Positions 43,550-53,779 of a DNA stretch of 64,000 bases are shown here, one piece after another; within the stretch, counting starts at the first letter, position 1; every line of letters begins with the position of its first letter. The translations under genes and the position numbers were made by a program. The stretch lies in the IMG/VR virus record IMGVR_UViG_3300034062_006701; one strand, written 5' to 3'. Origin of the DNA: a virus. Its lineage: Duplodnaviria; Caudoviricetes. A model generated the notes under the pieces. The model was not told the DNA's origin. It saw only the letters and a program-made list of their open reading frames with translations, and did not search any database.

Positions 43550-45982
43550 ATGTCTGATAACGCACGTTTTCATAATAAGCTACATAGAAAAAATCACCAT
43601 ACCACACCAACAGATGGGTATCCTGATTCCGCTACAGATCCAATTGCTTCAGAATCTGAGCCGTTTACAGGCGATTTTTTCTTAAACGGTAATTTAAATG
43701 TCTCTGGTGCAATAAACACAGTCTATAACACGCTTTCAAATATTAGCATACCTGTTCCGGTGTTATCAGCACAAATAGGCTTTCAACCGTCAAATTCACT
43801 CGTTGTTCAGCTTTCCGGTGTAAAGTATGCCATACCTGTTACATTGGTTGGTGATAATACCTTTAATAACGGGACATCTGGTATTAACTCTCTAGCTAAC
43901 TATGTTACCTATCTCGGTAATGTATCATCAAGCGGTACATTATCTGGAAAAGACAGTGATAACTGGAATCTAATCTATTCAACTGTAATAGCAAATAGCG
44001 GTAGTTGGAACGGTGGTAATAATGTTTATACCGCGGTCGGTACAAATAGCGGTAATTGGGACGGTACATATACCACAGTAAACACTAATAGCGGTAATTG
44101 GAATAGTAATGTAGCAGTATCAAATTATGTTATTACAAATAGTGCTACATTTGATAATTCATATACATCATCTGTCTATGCAAAGCTATCATCACTAGCT
44201 TACACATTTAACTATAGTAACAATTCTATACAGGCAAATTCTTTAAATAATTGTACCCCCGGTCAACTAGCTGGTGTTCTCGCTGGTCTCAATAATAATG
44301 CCTGTGGTTATGCAGCTGTTGTTGCAGGTGGCGGTACAAACACAGCATCTGGTAATTACTCTATAATCGGTGGTGGTGGTGGGAATATCGTTAGCGGAAA
44401 TAATAGCGGTATTCTAGGTGGACTTAATAATTCCGTTTCAGGTTGTAACTCATTTGCAATTGGATCTGGTATTATCGCTACGGCACCTAACTACGCATTT
44501 GTTAATAATCTATCCTCATTAGGCACGGTAAATGCACTGAGTGGTTACATGCAAATTATTAGTATAGGTAGAGCAGAGATCGGTAATCAGCTTTCTAACA
44601 CTGTCGGGCAATTCTTTTCTAATGTAAATACATTTTCACAAATAAATCACCAGAATGTCTGTAACGGTACAAATGCATCAACCGATTACATCGCTACTGC
44701 CGACAATGGTAATGATTCCTGTTATTACGCTGATCTCGGTATTAATAGCAGTTTCTATAGTAATTCAGCATACGACATAACAGGTCCGAATGATGCATAT
44801 CTCTTTACACATGGCTGTAATCTCGCCGTTGGTACAACTGGTGATACAGGTGATGTAATTATACATACAGGTGGCTCAAGAGCGCAGAATGAGCGTATGA
44901 GAGTAACCGCCCTAGGTAATGTTGGTATTGGTACTAGTGTACCGGGATCAACTCTTACAGTTATCGGAAGTATCTCCGCAACTGGTACAGTATGTTATTC
45001 TAATCCCATCTATTGTGTAGGTGCAGCTCCAAATTCTGTTGTTCCTGCTAATGGCTCTAATACAAGCTCGGGATGTTATAGTGTTGTTTTAGGTGGTTCA
45101 CAAAATATAGCTACAGGCACAAATAGTGTTATCGGCGGTGGTTTAATTAATTCTGCGCTCGCTGAATATAGTGTTATAGGTGGTGGTCAATTGAATAATT
45201 CTACCGCCAGCTACACATTTGTTGGCGGTGGTAATTTAAATACAACAGAATCATCATATAGTAGCATATTAGGTGGTAGATGTAATGAAATAACTTCAAA
45301 TTCAGGATATTCAGTTATCGGCGGGGGTCAGAATAATACCGTTACAGGTATCGGTTCCGTAATAAACGGAGGAACATCAAATACTGTTTCATCTAACTAC
45401 GGTATTATTGTAGGTGGTAATAGTAACAGTATATGTACAGGTGCAAGTGCATCCTTTATTGCTGGTGGTTGCAATAACCAGGTTTGTGCGACTGCAAATA
45501 ATTCATTCATACTCGGTTCAAGTATACAGGCAATCGAGCCAAATTATACATACGTCAATAACATTGTCTCACAAGGTAACATTTGTGGCAATAGCATTAT
45601 AGGAAATGCCGTATACGGCACAACACTAAACGGTGGTACTGTTAGCGGCACGAATTTTATAACATTTAACGAATACAATTATGGTAATAGTTTAGTAGCC
45701 GGTGACTTGACTGTCATTGGTACTATTAATGCTACAGCATACACCGGTCTTTCCTCAAATAGATTTAAGTATAGTACTATTATCGGTGATGGTATACTCT
45801 CAAGCTTTACTGTTAATCATAATTTAAGCACGGAAGATGTTTTCGTAACAGTCGTTGACTACACTACAAAAGAGGTGGTGTACCCATCTATAAGAATACC
45901 CAATCAGACACAAATTGATGTGGGGTTCTCCTTCATACCGCCAGCTTCAAGCTATAAAGTACTCATTTTAACATCACTTTAA
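43550..45982 (+). CDS. Fibre/adhesin-like GG-repeat protein
   Basis: GGxxN repeats; ERMRVTALGNVGIGT; C-terminal VNHNL...VTVVD domain. Confidence 0.7.
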   Translation: MSDNARFHNKLHRKNHHTTPTDGYPDSATDPIASESEPFTGDFFLNGNLNVSGAINTVYNTLSNISIPVPVLSAQIGFQPSNSLVVQLSGVKYAIPVTLVGDNTFNNGTSGINSLANYVTYLGNVSSSGTLSGKDSDNWNLIYSTVIANSGSWNGGNNVYTAVGTNSGNWDGTYTTVNTNSGNWNSNVAVSNYVITNSATFDNSYTSSVYAKLSSLAYTFNYSNNSIQANSLNNCTPGQLAGVLAGLNNNACGYAAVVAGGGTNTASGNYSIIGGGGGNIVSGNNSGILGGLNNSVSGCNSFAIGSGIIATAPNYAFVNNLSSLGTVNALSGYMQIISIGRAEIGNQLSNTVGQFFSNVNTFSQINHQNVCNGTNASTDYIATADNGNDSCYYADLGINSSFYSNSAYDITGPNDAYLFTHGCNLAVGTTGDTGDVIIHTGGSRAQNERMRVTALGNVGIGTSVPGSTLTVIGSISATGTVCYSNPIYCVGAAPNSVVPANGSNTSSGCYSVVLGGSQNIATGTNSVIGGGLINSALAEYSVIGGGQLNNSTASYTFVGGGNLNTTESSYSSILGGRCNEITSNSGYSVIGGGQNNTVTGIGSVINGGTSNTVSSNYGIIVGGNSNSICTGASASFIAGGCNNQVCATANNSFILGSSIQAIEPNYTYVNNIVSQGNICGNSIIGNAVYGTTLNGGTVSGTNFITFNEYNYGNSLVAGDLTVIGTINATAYTGLSSNRFKYSTIIGDGILSSFTVNHNLSTEDVFVTVVDYTTKEVVYPSIRIPNQTQIDVGFSFIPPASSYKVLILTSL

Positions 45983-45986
45983 GATC

Positions 45987-47957
45987 ATGCCAATCAAATA
46001 TCTCGATACATTAACGATAACAGGTGGTATTTCTGCTACAGCAGATATTACAACAACAGGTAGAATTCTTTCTGGTGGTATGGATATCACCAAAGCAATT
46101 GGTGATACTATCGGATTTGCATCTAATACATCTACAGGGTCTGTAGTTCCATTGACTGGTAATAATACAGCATCAGGTCGTTATGCAAGTATAGTAAACG
46201 GTCTTAGTAACTTCTCGAGTAGCTCGTTTTCTACCATTGGTGGTGGTAGCTATAATAGATCGTTATCTATAGATGAAAACAACACCAACACACCTGTCAA
46301 CCAGCCTTATAGTGCTAGTTATATATATTTTCACGGAAATTGTAATTCATTTATAGGGGGTGGATCGTGCAATAACATCTTTACATGCATACCACCTGGT
46401 GTATGCGTAGCATGCTCTACGAACCCTCTTGTCGCAGATACACGCAACTCTGCTATCGTTGGTGGATGCAATAATGTAATTAGATCTTCATGCTTTCCTA
46501 ACATAACAGCTTATTATACAGCTTTGTTACCACAAGGTGACCAGATATCACCCTTGCAACCGGTCAATGCTCTTGTTGGTACTGAAGCAAGAGATAGTAT
46601 TATCAATGGTGGTAGTGGTAACATCATTGATGGTAGTAGCTGTAGTCATATTATCGGTGGAGAGAATAATTGCGTCAAAGGAGCTCAAAGCGGTACAATA
46701 GGAGGTACCTGCAATATAGTGCAGGGATATGACAGTGAAATTATTGGTGGTAGTTATAACTTAATAGGTCAGGCTATATGGGGACAGGCTCCTGACGGTA
46801 AGTGTATATTAGATCCGACTGGAATGTATTCGTCAAGCCGACATGCTGTTATCATTAATGGTCACTATAACGCTATCTGCGGATGCACCGAATATAATAC
46901 TATAATTAACGGTGCAGATAATACCATATTTGGTGATTACAGCACCATACTCAATGGTATAGGACACAGGATTCAAAGCGGTGATTATAATACGTTAACG
47001 GGTGGTATAGGTAATACTATTGAAGGTGTAGCTTCAGGTATTTTTGGAGGGTTCTGTAACACTGCTAGTGGCGGGTATAGCATGGGTATACTAAATGGTA
47101 TATGTAACACAGTTTCCTCTGGGTACGGCACTATACTTAACGGTGTTCGCAACCTTACGAGTGGGTTTTTTGATACTATTGGCGGTGGGTTATGTAATCA
47201 GATATTAAATTCTGAATTCTCTACTATCTTAAATGGTGTACAGAATAGTATATTTGGTAAGTGTTCTACTATTATAGGCCCCGGTAATAATAATAATGTC
47301 GCTGACTGTACGGTGACCATAGGTAATAGTGGTTTTAATGCAGGTACCGGTACGACTATAATTGGTAACAATATTGCAACAGCACTAAGTAGTGCTGTTG
47401 TTATTGGACAGGGATTAGGGTATAACGAGAATAGTATCACTATTCAGTCTAATTCCGGCATATCATCTAGGCATAGAACCGGTACATCAAGTACCGGTAC
47501 AAATTTAAAACAATACATTCAAACAAAAGAGTTGAACCTAGTAAATACACCTGCTCTTACATCGGTGTTGTTTGATACACCGGAGGGATATCTTTTCGTA
47601 ACAGATCGTATTGATTGTTATATTACAGCCTCTGCTGGTGTTACATCATTACCGTCCTTTACGCTTGGTGTTTCAGCAAATCCAAATAAATTCACAAATA
47701 GTAAATTCATAAGTGCTTTTAGTACAAATGCTGTATTCCCATCAATTAATATTGATACATTTTATATAACAGGTATAGCACTACCATCTGAACAATTAAT
47801 ATTAACAATTAATAATACCCGTGCGCTTTCTGCGAATTGCTTCTTCACCGTTGAAGGTAAATTAATAGACATTTCATCATCAATATCATTATCTGGTTAC
47901 AACGGTGTGTCAGAAGGTTTACCTGGAATATATACTGTTTACACAACATATGAATAA
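45987..47957 (+). CDS. Fibre-like GG/NG-repeat protein
   Basis: IxNGxxNxIxGxxS repeats. Confidence 0.7.
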   Translation: MPIKYLDTLTITGGISATADITTTGRILSGGMDITKAIGDTIGFASNTSTGSVVPLTGNNTASGRYASIVNGLSNFSSSSFSTIGGGSYNRSLSIDENNTNTPVNQPYSASYIYFHGNCNSFIGGGSCNNIFTCIPPGVCVACSTNPLVADTRNSAIVGGCNNVIRSSCFPNITAYYTALLPQGDQISPLQPVNALVGTEARDSIINGGSGNIIDGSSCSHIIGGENNCVKGAQSGTIGGTCNIVQGYDSEIIGGSYNLIGQAIWGQAPDGKCILDPTGMYSSSRHAVIINGHYNAICGCTEYNTIINGADNTIFGDYSTILNGIGHRIQSGDYNTLTGGIGNTIEGVASGIFGGFCNTASGGYSMGILNGICNTVSSGYGTILNGVRNLTSGFFDTIGGGLCNQILNSEFSTILNGVQNSIFGKCSTIIGPGNNNNVADCTVTIGNSGFNAGTGTTIIGNNIATALSSAVVIGQGLGYNENSITIQSNSGISSRHRTGTSSTGTNLKQYIQTKELNLVNTPALTSVLFDTPEGYLFVTDRIDCYITASAGVTSLPSFTLGVSANPNKFTNSKFISAFSTNAVFPSINIDTFYITGIALPSEQLILTINNTRALSANCFFTVEGKLIDISSSISLSGYNGVSEGLPGIYTVYTTYE

Positions 47958-49536
47958 TACAACATTAAATTACCTTTTAACGTCTACACCTAGTAATATA
48001 CACGGTGTCGGCTTTGCATATAAACTAAAAAACGGTCAACCGGTAGATATTATGTCTGTACAGTTTCTTGTAGAGAAAAAAGTGTCTATTACAGAGCTCA
48101 ATAAAGATGAATTATTACCATCTACAGTAATAATTGACGGGCACGAATATCAGACTGATGTTATTGAAGCTGATAGAATTGAAGCGTTACCTTGTATTGG
48201 ACCACGCGCCGGGGGGACCGGGCAACCTTTCTTTGGAAGTTACGGATGGCCGGTTGCAGAGCATAGATCATTACAGCGACCGGTTCGCGGTGGAATTCAA
48301 CTTATTGGACGAAATGCACAGACTAGACTAGGATTTGGTACCTTAGGTGGGGTTGTAACTGATACAACTGACGGAACTACTGTAGGAATAACAAATGCAC
48401 ACGTTGTAGGACTCGCATTAACAAATTTCGATATTAGACCAGTTGTGGAGCGAGGGTTAATACTAGAAGATTGTGCTAAGATGAGATTATATGCCGGTAG
48501 TAACCTTCCCAGACAAGAGGGTACTACTAGTTTTCCTCCTATTCCAAATAGGTTTGGTGATCCTGGATTTTTTCCTGGTGTGAACCTCTGCAATAGTGGT
48601 GTCTATCCTTATGTATGGAGTGCTCCTACAGTATCAAACCTATCATCTGTACCATCAACATACAATAGTAATTTAACAGCGTATTCTGTAAATCCGGATA
48701 TAGGATATATTAAACGTTATTCACCTATCACGACAAATCCTAGTTTATTTAATATTAATGATGTTGCTTTAGTTACTTTTAATACACGCACAAATGCTCA
48801 CTTATTGAGTTCTTCTATACCGATGCTTTCTGCGGGATACAGCCATCAACAAGCTAACTTCTACCATAAAGACGTTTGTGCTTTCGCTTCTACAGCAGAG
48901 ATAAATTCACTTGTAGTAGATAATGTCCCTCTCTTTAAAAGCGGTCGCACAACATATGCAACCGGTCAGCCTAACCCGATTGGTTCCGAGGTACGGTCTA
49001 ATCCGGTAACATGTAATCTACCAACGACAGCGGGCTGGGTACCTGCGTATTATTTTCTACCGGAATGTACTATGCGAGCAACTTCTGTCGATTGGTCAGT
49101 TGCGGTTGGATACTCTTTCGGTGTAGCAAACTTTCAAAATACTATTATGTTCACCTCATCGGCCACACAACCAGCCTTGGGTGGGGATTCAGGTTCACTT
49201 GTTTATGGTCTCTTCAACTCTAATTCCCCTTCTACAAGTGCATGGAAAATTGTAGGGTTGTTATTTGCCGGAAACAATAATGCCACAGCGTTTGCCATAC
49301 GTATCGATACTATAGTAAATACTTTTAGTATTTCTGCGTACGATGGTGGTCAACCGAAATACACCACTTTAAACAATGAAAAAAAAATATATCTACCCGG
49401 TAAATCAAATGTATTAACACTAACTGGAAGCGATAACAAGAAATACTGGCAAAGCGGTCTAGTGGGTATAGTGGACGGTAAACCAGTAGCGGGACCCGGG
49501 TGGGTACCTGCATGGCGCAGTGGTAACTATCCTTAA
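47950..49536 (+). CDS. Trypsin-like serine protease-domain protein
   Basis: GTLGGVV, TNAHV (His), NDVALV (Asp), GGDSGS (Ser); start reassigned to ATG 47950. Confidence 0.8.
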   Translation: MNNTTLNYLLTSTPSNIHGVGFAYKLKNGQPVDIMSVQFLVEKKVSITELNKDELLPSTVIIDGHEYQTDVIEADRIEALPCIGPRAGGTGQPFFGSYGWPVAEHRSLQRPVRGGIQLIGRNAQTRLGFGTLGGVVTDTTDGTTVGITNAHVVGLALTNFDIRPVVERGLILEDCAKMRLYAGSNLPRQEGTTSFPPIPNRFGDPGFFPGVNLCNSGVYPYVWSAPTVSNLSSVPSTYNSNLTAYSVNPDIGYIKRYSPITTNPSLFNINDVALVTFNTRTNAHLLSSSIPMLSAGYSHQQANFYHKDVCAFASTAEINSLVVDNVPLFKSGRTTYATGQPNPIGSEVRSNPVTCNLPTTAGWVPAYYFLPECTMRATSVDWSVAVGYSFGVANFQNTIMFTSSATQPALGGDSGSLVYGLFNSNSPSTSAWKIVGLLFAGNNNATAFAIRIDTIVNTFSISAYDGGQPKYTTLNNEKKIYLPGKSNVLTLTGSDNKKYWQSGLVGIVDGKPVAGPGWVPAWRSGNYP

Positions 49537-49549
49537 ATAAATAGTATAT

Positions 49550-50998
49550 ATGCCTACTACATTTGTTGATAATATCTTAGTAAACGGTGATGTAAACATG
49601 ACTGGGAGAATTCTCTCTGCCGGTCGTGATTTAAATAGCGTCTTCGGTACATCTACAGTCGTTTCTCTCAGCACTATCTCTCCGAATAGCCAAGTAACTG
49701 CAACAAGCGGTACGCTAGGAATTGACCCTGCCTCTAACCTATGGGTTAAAAAAGCAGGTACACTAACCTCTAATTGGGAAACAGTGTTTACTTCGACAAG
49801 CGGTCAATATTATGCAAACATTATTCTGCAAGATGCTACGGGCGTTGTACTTGACGCAGGTGAGCTTGGTACTGTTGACGGAAATCTTGTTATAGGAGAT
49901 GGTAGTACTGCTAGCGGTAATCGTGTTGGTTCTAGTTCCGGGTCACTTGCATCGGATGAGTTCCGTGATTATTCAGATAGTGCTGAAGGATATTCTGCTA
50001 TACAGAGACTTTCAATAATGTCATCAACGTCAGCGTTTTCTGCTACAAATGGGTTTATACTATCATCAAATACCCCAGGTACTTTATGGTTCACAGTCAA
50101 TAGCCCCGCTCTAGGTTTTTTAACTGGCGCAATAGGCAGTAGAGTTTTTAGACCTTTGACAAGCATAGTTCAAGTGCGTTCGACAACACAGCATGCCCGG
50201 GCACTACGCTGGGACGGTACATTCGGGCCTATATGTAGCGGTACTGCTTCGTTCAATTTACTTCACGGTGATCAACCAACTGGTGTATATACTATGATGC
50301 AGATTCCTGTCTGTGTATTTCCGTGTACACCTACAGGTGTACTGAGTGGGTCAGTAGGCAGTATATCAATTACCGGGGGTTCGTATGTAACAACGACAAT
50401 TATACCATCGGCTGTTAACACAAGCCCTGTTTCCGCAGGTACATCTACAAATTCTCTCGTCAATTCAAACATAACAAAAATAGATGTATCACGTGTACAT
50501 AACAATGTCTGGCTCAGCTTTCAAAATGGCAAAATTAGAGAAGTTAATATTCCTCCTAGTGCGTATGTACAAACATCACCGACGGGATCAAGGATAGGTT
50601 ATCGAATTGACGTGTCCGGTAATCCGATATCAACGTTAACAGTTCCCTACGGTGTCTCTACTATAATAGCGAATAACTGTGGATTGAAATCATTTAAAGC
50701 AGGGGAATATTCAATCGATGTCACGTGCGAGGGTATTAATCCTGTTAATTCTATCGACTTTAGTACTCTTGGTACTGTAAATGCAGCACAACAATCTGAA
50801 TTTCTCTTTCCTGGAGCTAATATGACAACCAATGCAGTTGATGCTGCGTTTAATTCGTTTCCAATGACGTATTTACAGCTTGCTTCTGCAGCTCCAATTG
50901 TTGTACAAATAACAGGGACAAGTCAGCCTCCGTCACCAAATTCTCAATCTGTGCGTGATTTAATTGTCGCAGGTGGTGGAGTAGTTATAACAAACTAA
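49550..50998 (+). CDS. Probable virion structural protein
   Basis: Ser/Thr-rich; GELG..DGNL.IGDG motif; late box upstream. Confidence 0.6.
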   Translation: MPTTFVDNILVNGDVNMTGRILSAGRDLNSVFGTSTVVSLSTISPNSQVTATSGTLGIDPASNLWVKKAGTLTSNWETVFTSTSGQYYANIILQDATGVVLDAGELGTVDGNLVIGDGSTASGNRVGSSSGSLASDEFRDYSDSAEGYSAIQRLSIMSSTSAFSATNGFILSSNTPGTLWFTVNSPALGFLTGAIGSRVFRPLTSIVQVRSTTQHARALRWDGTFGPICSGTASFNLLHGDQPTGVYTMMQIPVCVFPCTPTGVLSGSVGSISITGGSYVTTTIIPSAVNTSPVSAGTSTNSLVNSNITKIDVSRVHNNVWLSFQNGKIREVNIPPSAYVQTSPTGSRIGYRIDVSGNPISTLTVPYGVSTIIANNCGLKSFKAGEYSIDVTCEGINPVNSIDFSTLGTVNAAQQSEFLFPGANMTTNAVDAAFNSFPMTYLQLASAAPIVVQITGTSQPPSPNSQSVRDLIVAGGGVVITN

Positions 50999-51002
50999 TA
51001 TT

Positions 51003-51356
51003 ATGAATAGATATATCTTCATACCCAACGAACGTGGCAACCAAATACGTCAAGAAGACAACGTTTGCGGAAATCTTATAGAATTGGCTGACACCAATGT
51101 TATTCATGGTGATATCCCGGTATTTACATCTAAAGACGGATACATAGAAAAAGGGAGCATTCTTTCTCAAATACCATCCCCACCAACATTTGAAACTTCA
51201 TATATAGATAACCGAGCAGATGCTTACCGTAATAATGGATTAGATGAAAGGAAGCTTATCGTGGCTCTCTGGGAGGCACAAGTTGAAAATCGACCTGAAG
51301 CATTGAATGAAATACAAGCTAAGCGTCTTGCTATAAAAGAACAATTTCCAAAATAA
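51003..51356 (+). CDS. Small protein, possible fibre chaperone
   Basis: C-terminal helical IQAKRLAIKEQFPK. Confidence 0.5.
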   Translation: MNRYIFIPNERGNQIRQEDNVCGNLIELADTNVIHGDIPVFTSKDGYIEKGSILSQIPSPPTFETSYIDNRADAYRNNGLDERKLIVALWEAQVENRPEALNEIQAKRLAIKEQFPK

Positions 51357-51367
51357 GCTAAATTATT

Positions 51368-52750
51368 ATGCCGATTGTTATACAGAATAGATCGTTTCCT
51401 GCAATCGGTAACCCACCACAATCCAATCTTACTATAAGCGTTACAGGTGGTACACTCACCACCCTCCTTACCTCTGTCAATGTTATTAGTGGGTTTGATG
51501 CCGCTTTCACTCAACAGTTAGGAACTGGTGCCAGGCGTGAACCATACGTTGTTACAACAAATGATGCGTATGCTACCTTTCTTTCTCTTAATACAACTGT
51601 TGCAACTGTGACATCAGTCGGTTCTATCGGTACTGTTAACAGAACCACTACAAACGGACAAACAACAATACGTGTGACAGGTAATTCCGTTACAAAACTT
51701 GTACCTGTTAATATGACAGGTCAGATAAATCAATCCGTATCCAATACATTCATATCTACTGTTACCGGTACCCTTGCCGATCATTTATGTACGCAAGTTG
51801 ACAGTAGAATAGCAGGCAAAAACCCAACAGATGCTCGGTTTGTTCCAGTAACCGGTGGTCCTGGTGGCTCGCTATGCGGATTTGCAGACCCAAATTTCTG
51901 GCAACGTTGGCCGGCTCAAATACCTGAACCACTAACGTATACACGTAACCCCGGTCTTTGGTGTTCAGGTGTGGATGTGTCATTTATAAGCCCGTGGAAC
52001 TCTGATGGTGGTACTAATTTTTCTGGCTCTCTTATTACGCCAAGACATTTCATACGTGGTACACATTGGCCACCAAGAAACTTTACACCCGGTACACGCA
52101 TTCATTTTGTTGATATGGATAACAATATCTACGTAAGAACAATTGTTGGTGAGCAATCGGTTTGGGGTAGCGATCTAAAAGTCTGTACATTAAATGCAGA
52201 TATATCTGCAGGATGTAAGCCGGTTAAGTTATTTCCAAACGTGTATTCGAGTATAATTCGTGATCCTATGGGCATGGAGCTACCGGGATTGAGTGCGATT
52301 GTATATAATGCAATTATTACACCTCCTATGGTTATGACTACGCAAGATAAGAATTTTTATATCGCTGAATCCTTTAGATCCGATGGTACTCAAGGACAAG
52401 AGCCGGTTACTAATTTTAGTCGTGCGCCGTTTTTTTATGGTATACGCGGTGGTGATTCCGGTTCACCTGCTTTCTTTATTGTAAATGATGAGCCAAGTCT
52501 TGCTTTTACTTTGTATTCAGCTGGTGGTACATCAACGTATAACCCTAGTTGGTATTCTATTGGCGGTGGTAACGGGCAACCGGGACCATTAATTCATTTA
52601 ATTAACACTTTAGGCATCTCTGGAGCTGATACAAATGCTGGTTTATTATCAGGGTACGCAAATAGTGCTATATGGCCGGTCTCTGGTGGTAGGTATATAG
52701 CACAACTAACAGACATAAGTATGTTCCCTGTCTGTACCTCACTACCGTGA
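51368..52750 (+). CDS. Ig-like N-terminus + trypsin-like serine protease domain
   Basis: GSLITPRHF..GTHW, SDLKV, GGDSGSP. Confidence 0.75.
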   Translation: MPIVIQNRSFPAIGNPPQSNLTISVTGGTLTTLLTSVNVISGFDAAFTQQLGTGARREPYVVTTNDAYATFLSLNTTVATVTSVGSIGTVNRTTTNGQTTIRVTGNSVTKLVPVNMTGQINQSVSNTFISTVTGTLADHLCTQVDSRIAGKNPTDARFVPVTGGPGGSLCGFADPNFWQRWPAQIPEPLTYTRNPGLWCSGVDVSFISPWNSDGGTNFSGSLITPRHFIRGTHWPPRNFTPGTRIHFVDMDNNIYVRTIVGEQSVWGSDLKVCTLNADISAGCKPVKLFPNVYSSIIRDPMGMELPGLSAIVYNAIITPPMVMTTQDKNFYIAESFRSDGTQGQEPVTNFSRAPFFYGIRGGDSGSPAFFIVNDEPSLAFTLYSAGGTSTYNPSWYSIGGGNGQPGPLIHLINTLGISGADTNAGLLSGYANSAIWPVSGGRYIAQLTDISMFPVCTSLP

Positions 52751-52786
52751 AGTTCATTGAATTTATGGTATTCAAATTAAGTATCT

Positions 52787-53740
52787 TTGGTCATGTCATA
52801 TATACTACCATCTGATGCCATAGCTTCTGCGATCTATTTTTCCTTATATCTTGACATTAGGAAGGATATTATTGTATCGTTCGACTATGCATGTTATGGT
52901 CCAGATCTCATGGGATCTGAGGGATTCTGTGTATTTTTTAGCAATACTTTCGCAGAAGCAATAAGATCTGGTGGCCCTGGCCCGGGGCTAGGTTATAGCC
53001 CGGTTTCAGGTATTGGTGGTAGTGATTATTTTGGTATGGATGCAGGTATACTCGGTGTTGGTTTTGATATTACCGGTAATAATGGTAGTGATAGATTTTC
53101 AGACACCGGGTACCCGGATATAGTACCGAATAGTATAACACTACGGGAGGGGCAAGGTGACAATTATAATATTTCACAGCGAACTCTAAATCTTAACAAC
53201 GCGACCTTTAATAGGCCAATAAGTTTATATGAACAAATAACAGATAATAGAGCACCTACATTCAAGCGCGTACGTGTTCGTATAACAGATTTCGGACAGC
53301 GTATTGTTGTTGATATGAAAAAGGTTGGTGACTATGGTTTTACAAACTATTTAGACTATACCTATCCAGAAAAAAAGATTTGGCCAAAAACTGTTCGGTG
53401 TGGTGTATCGTTTGCTACCGGAAGTGTTACGAATACTGTTTTTAAAGTAAAGGGTCTCAATATTAATGGTATTTACAGTGCCGACCGCGGTGAAGAGACT
53501 AACACTTTTACATACACTGTCGATACAAATTCACTACCCGGTACTCTTACTTACGATAACCCTTCATTCGAGTTCTTTAACTACAACGACATTCTGCATG
53601 TAGAAAATGTCAACTATAACGACCTCACAAACCCTGCTCTCACCGGTAGACCACTCATTCTTGTCGATCCCGTTGAAGGTCCTCTTGGAGCCCCATATAT
53701 TCCAGGTGATGAATATGTGGGTATCACAAACCTTTTATAG
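52787..53740 (+). CDS. L-type lectin/ConA-like domain protein
   Basis: SFDY...GSEGFCVFF...LGVGFD; likely true start is ATG 52793. Confidence 0.7.
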   Translation: MVMSYILPSDAIASAIYFSLYLDIRKDIIVSFDYACYGPDLMGSEGFCVFFSNTFAEAIRSGGPGPGLGYSPVSGIGGSDYFGMDAGILGVGFDITGNNGSDRFSDTGYPDIVPNSITLREGQGDNYNISQRTLNLNNATFNRPISLYEQITDNRAPTFKRVRVRITDFGQRIVVDMKKVGDYGFTNYLDYTYPEKKIWPKTVRCGVSFATGSVTNTVFKVKGLNINGIYSADRGEETNTFTYTVDTNSLPGTLTYDNPSFEFFNYNDILHVENVNYNDLTNPALTGRPLILVDPVEGPLGAPYIPGDEYVGITNLL

Positions 53741-53779
53741 TCTTTTTCACATCAAACAGATAAATACTTGTAATAAAAT

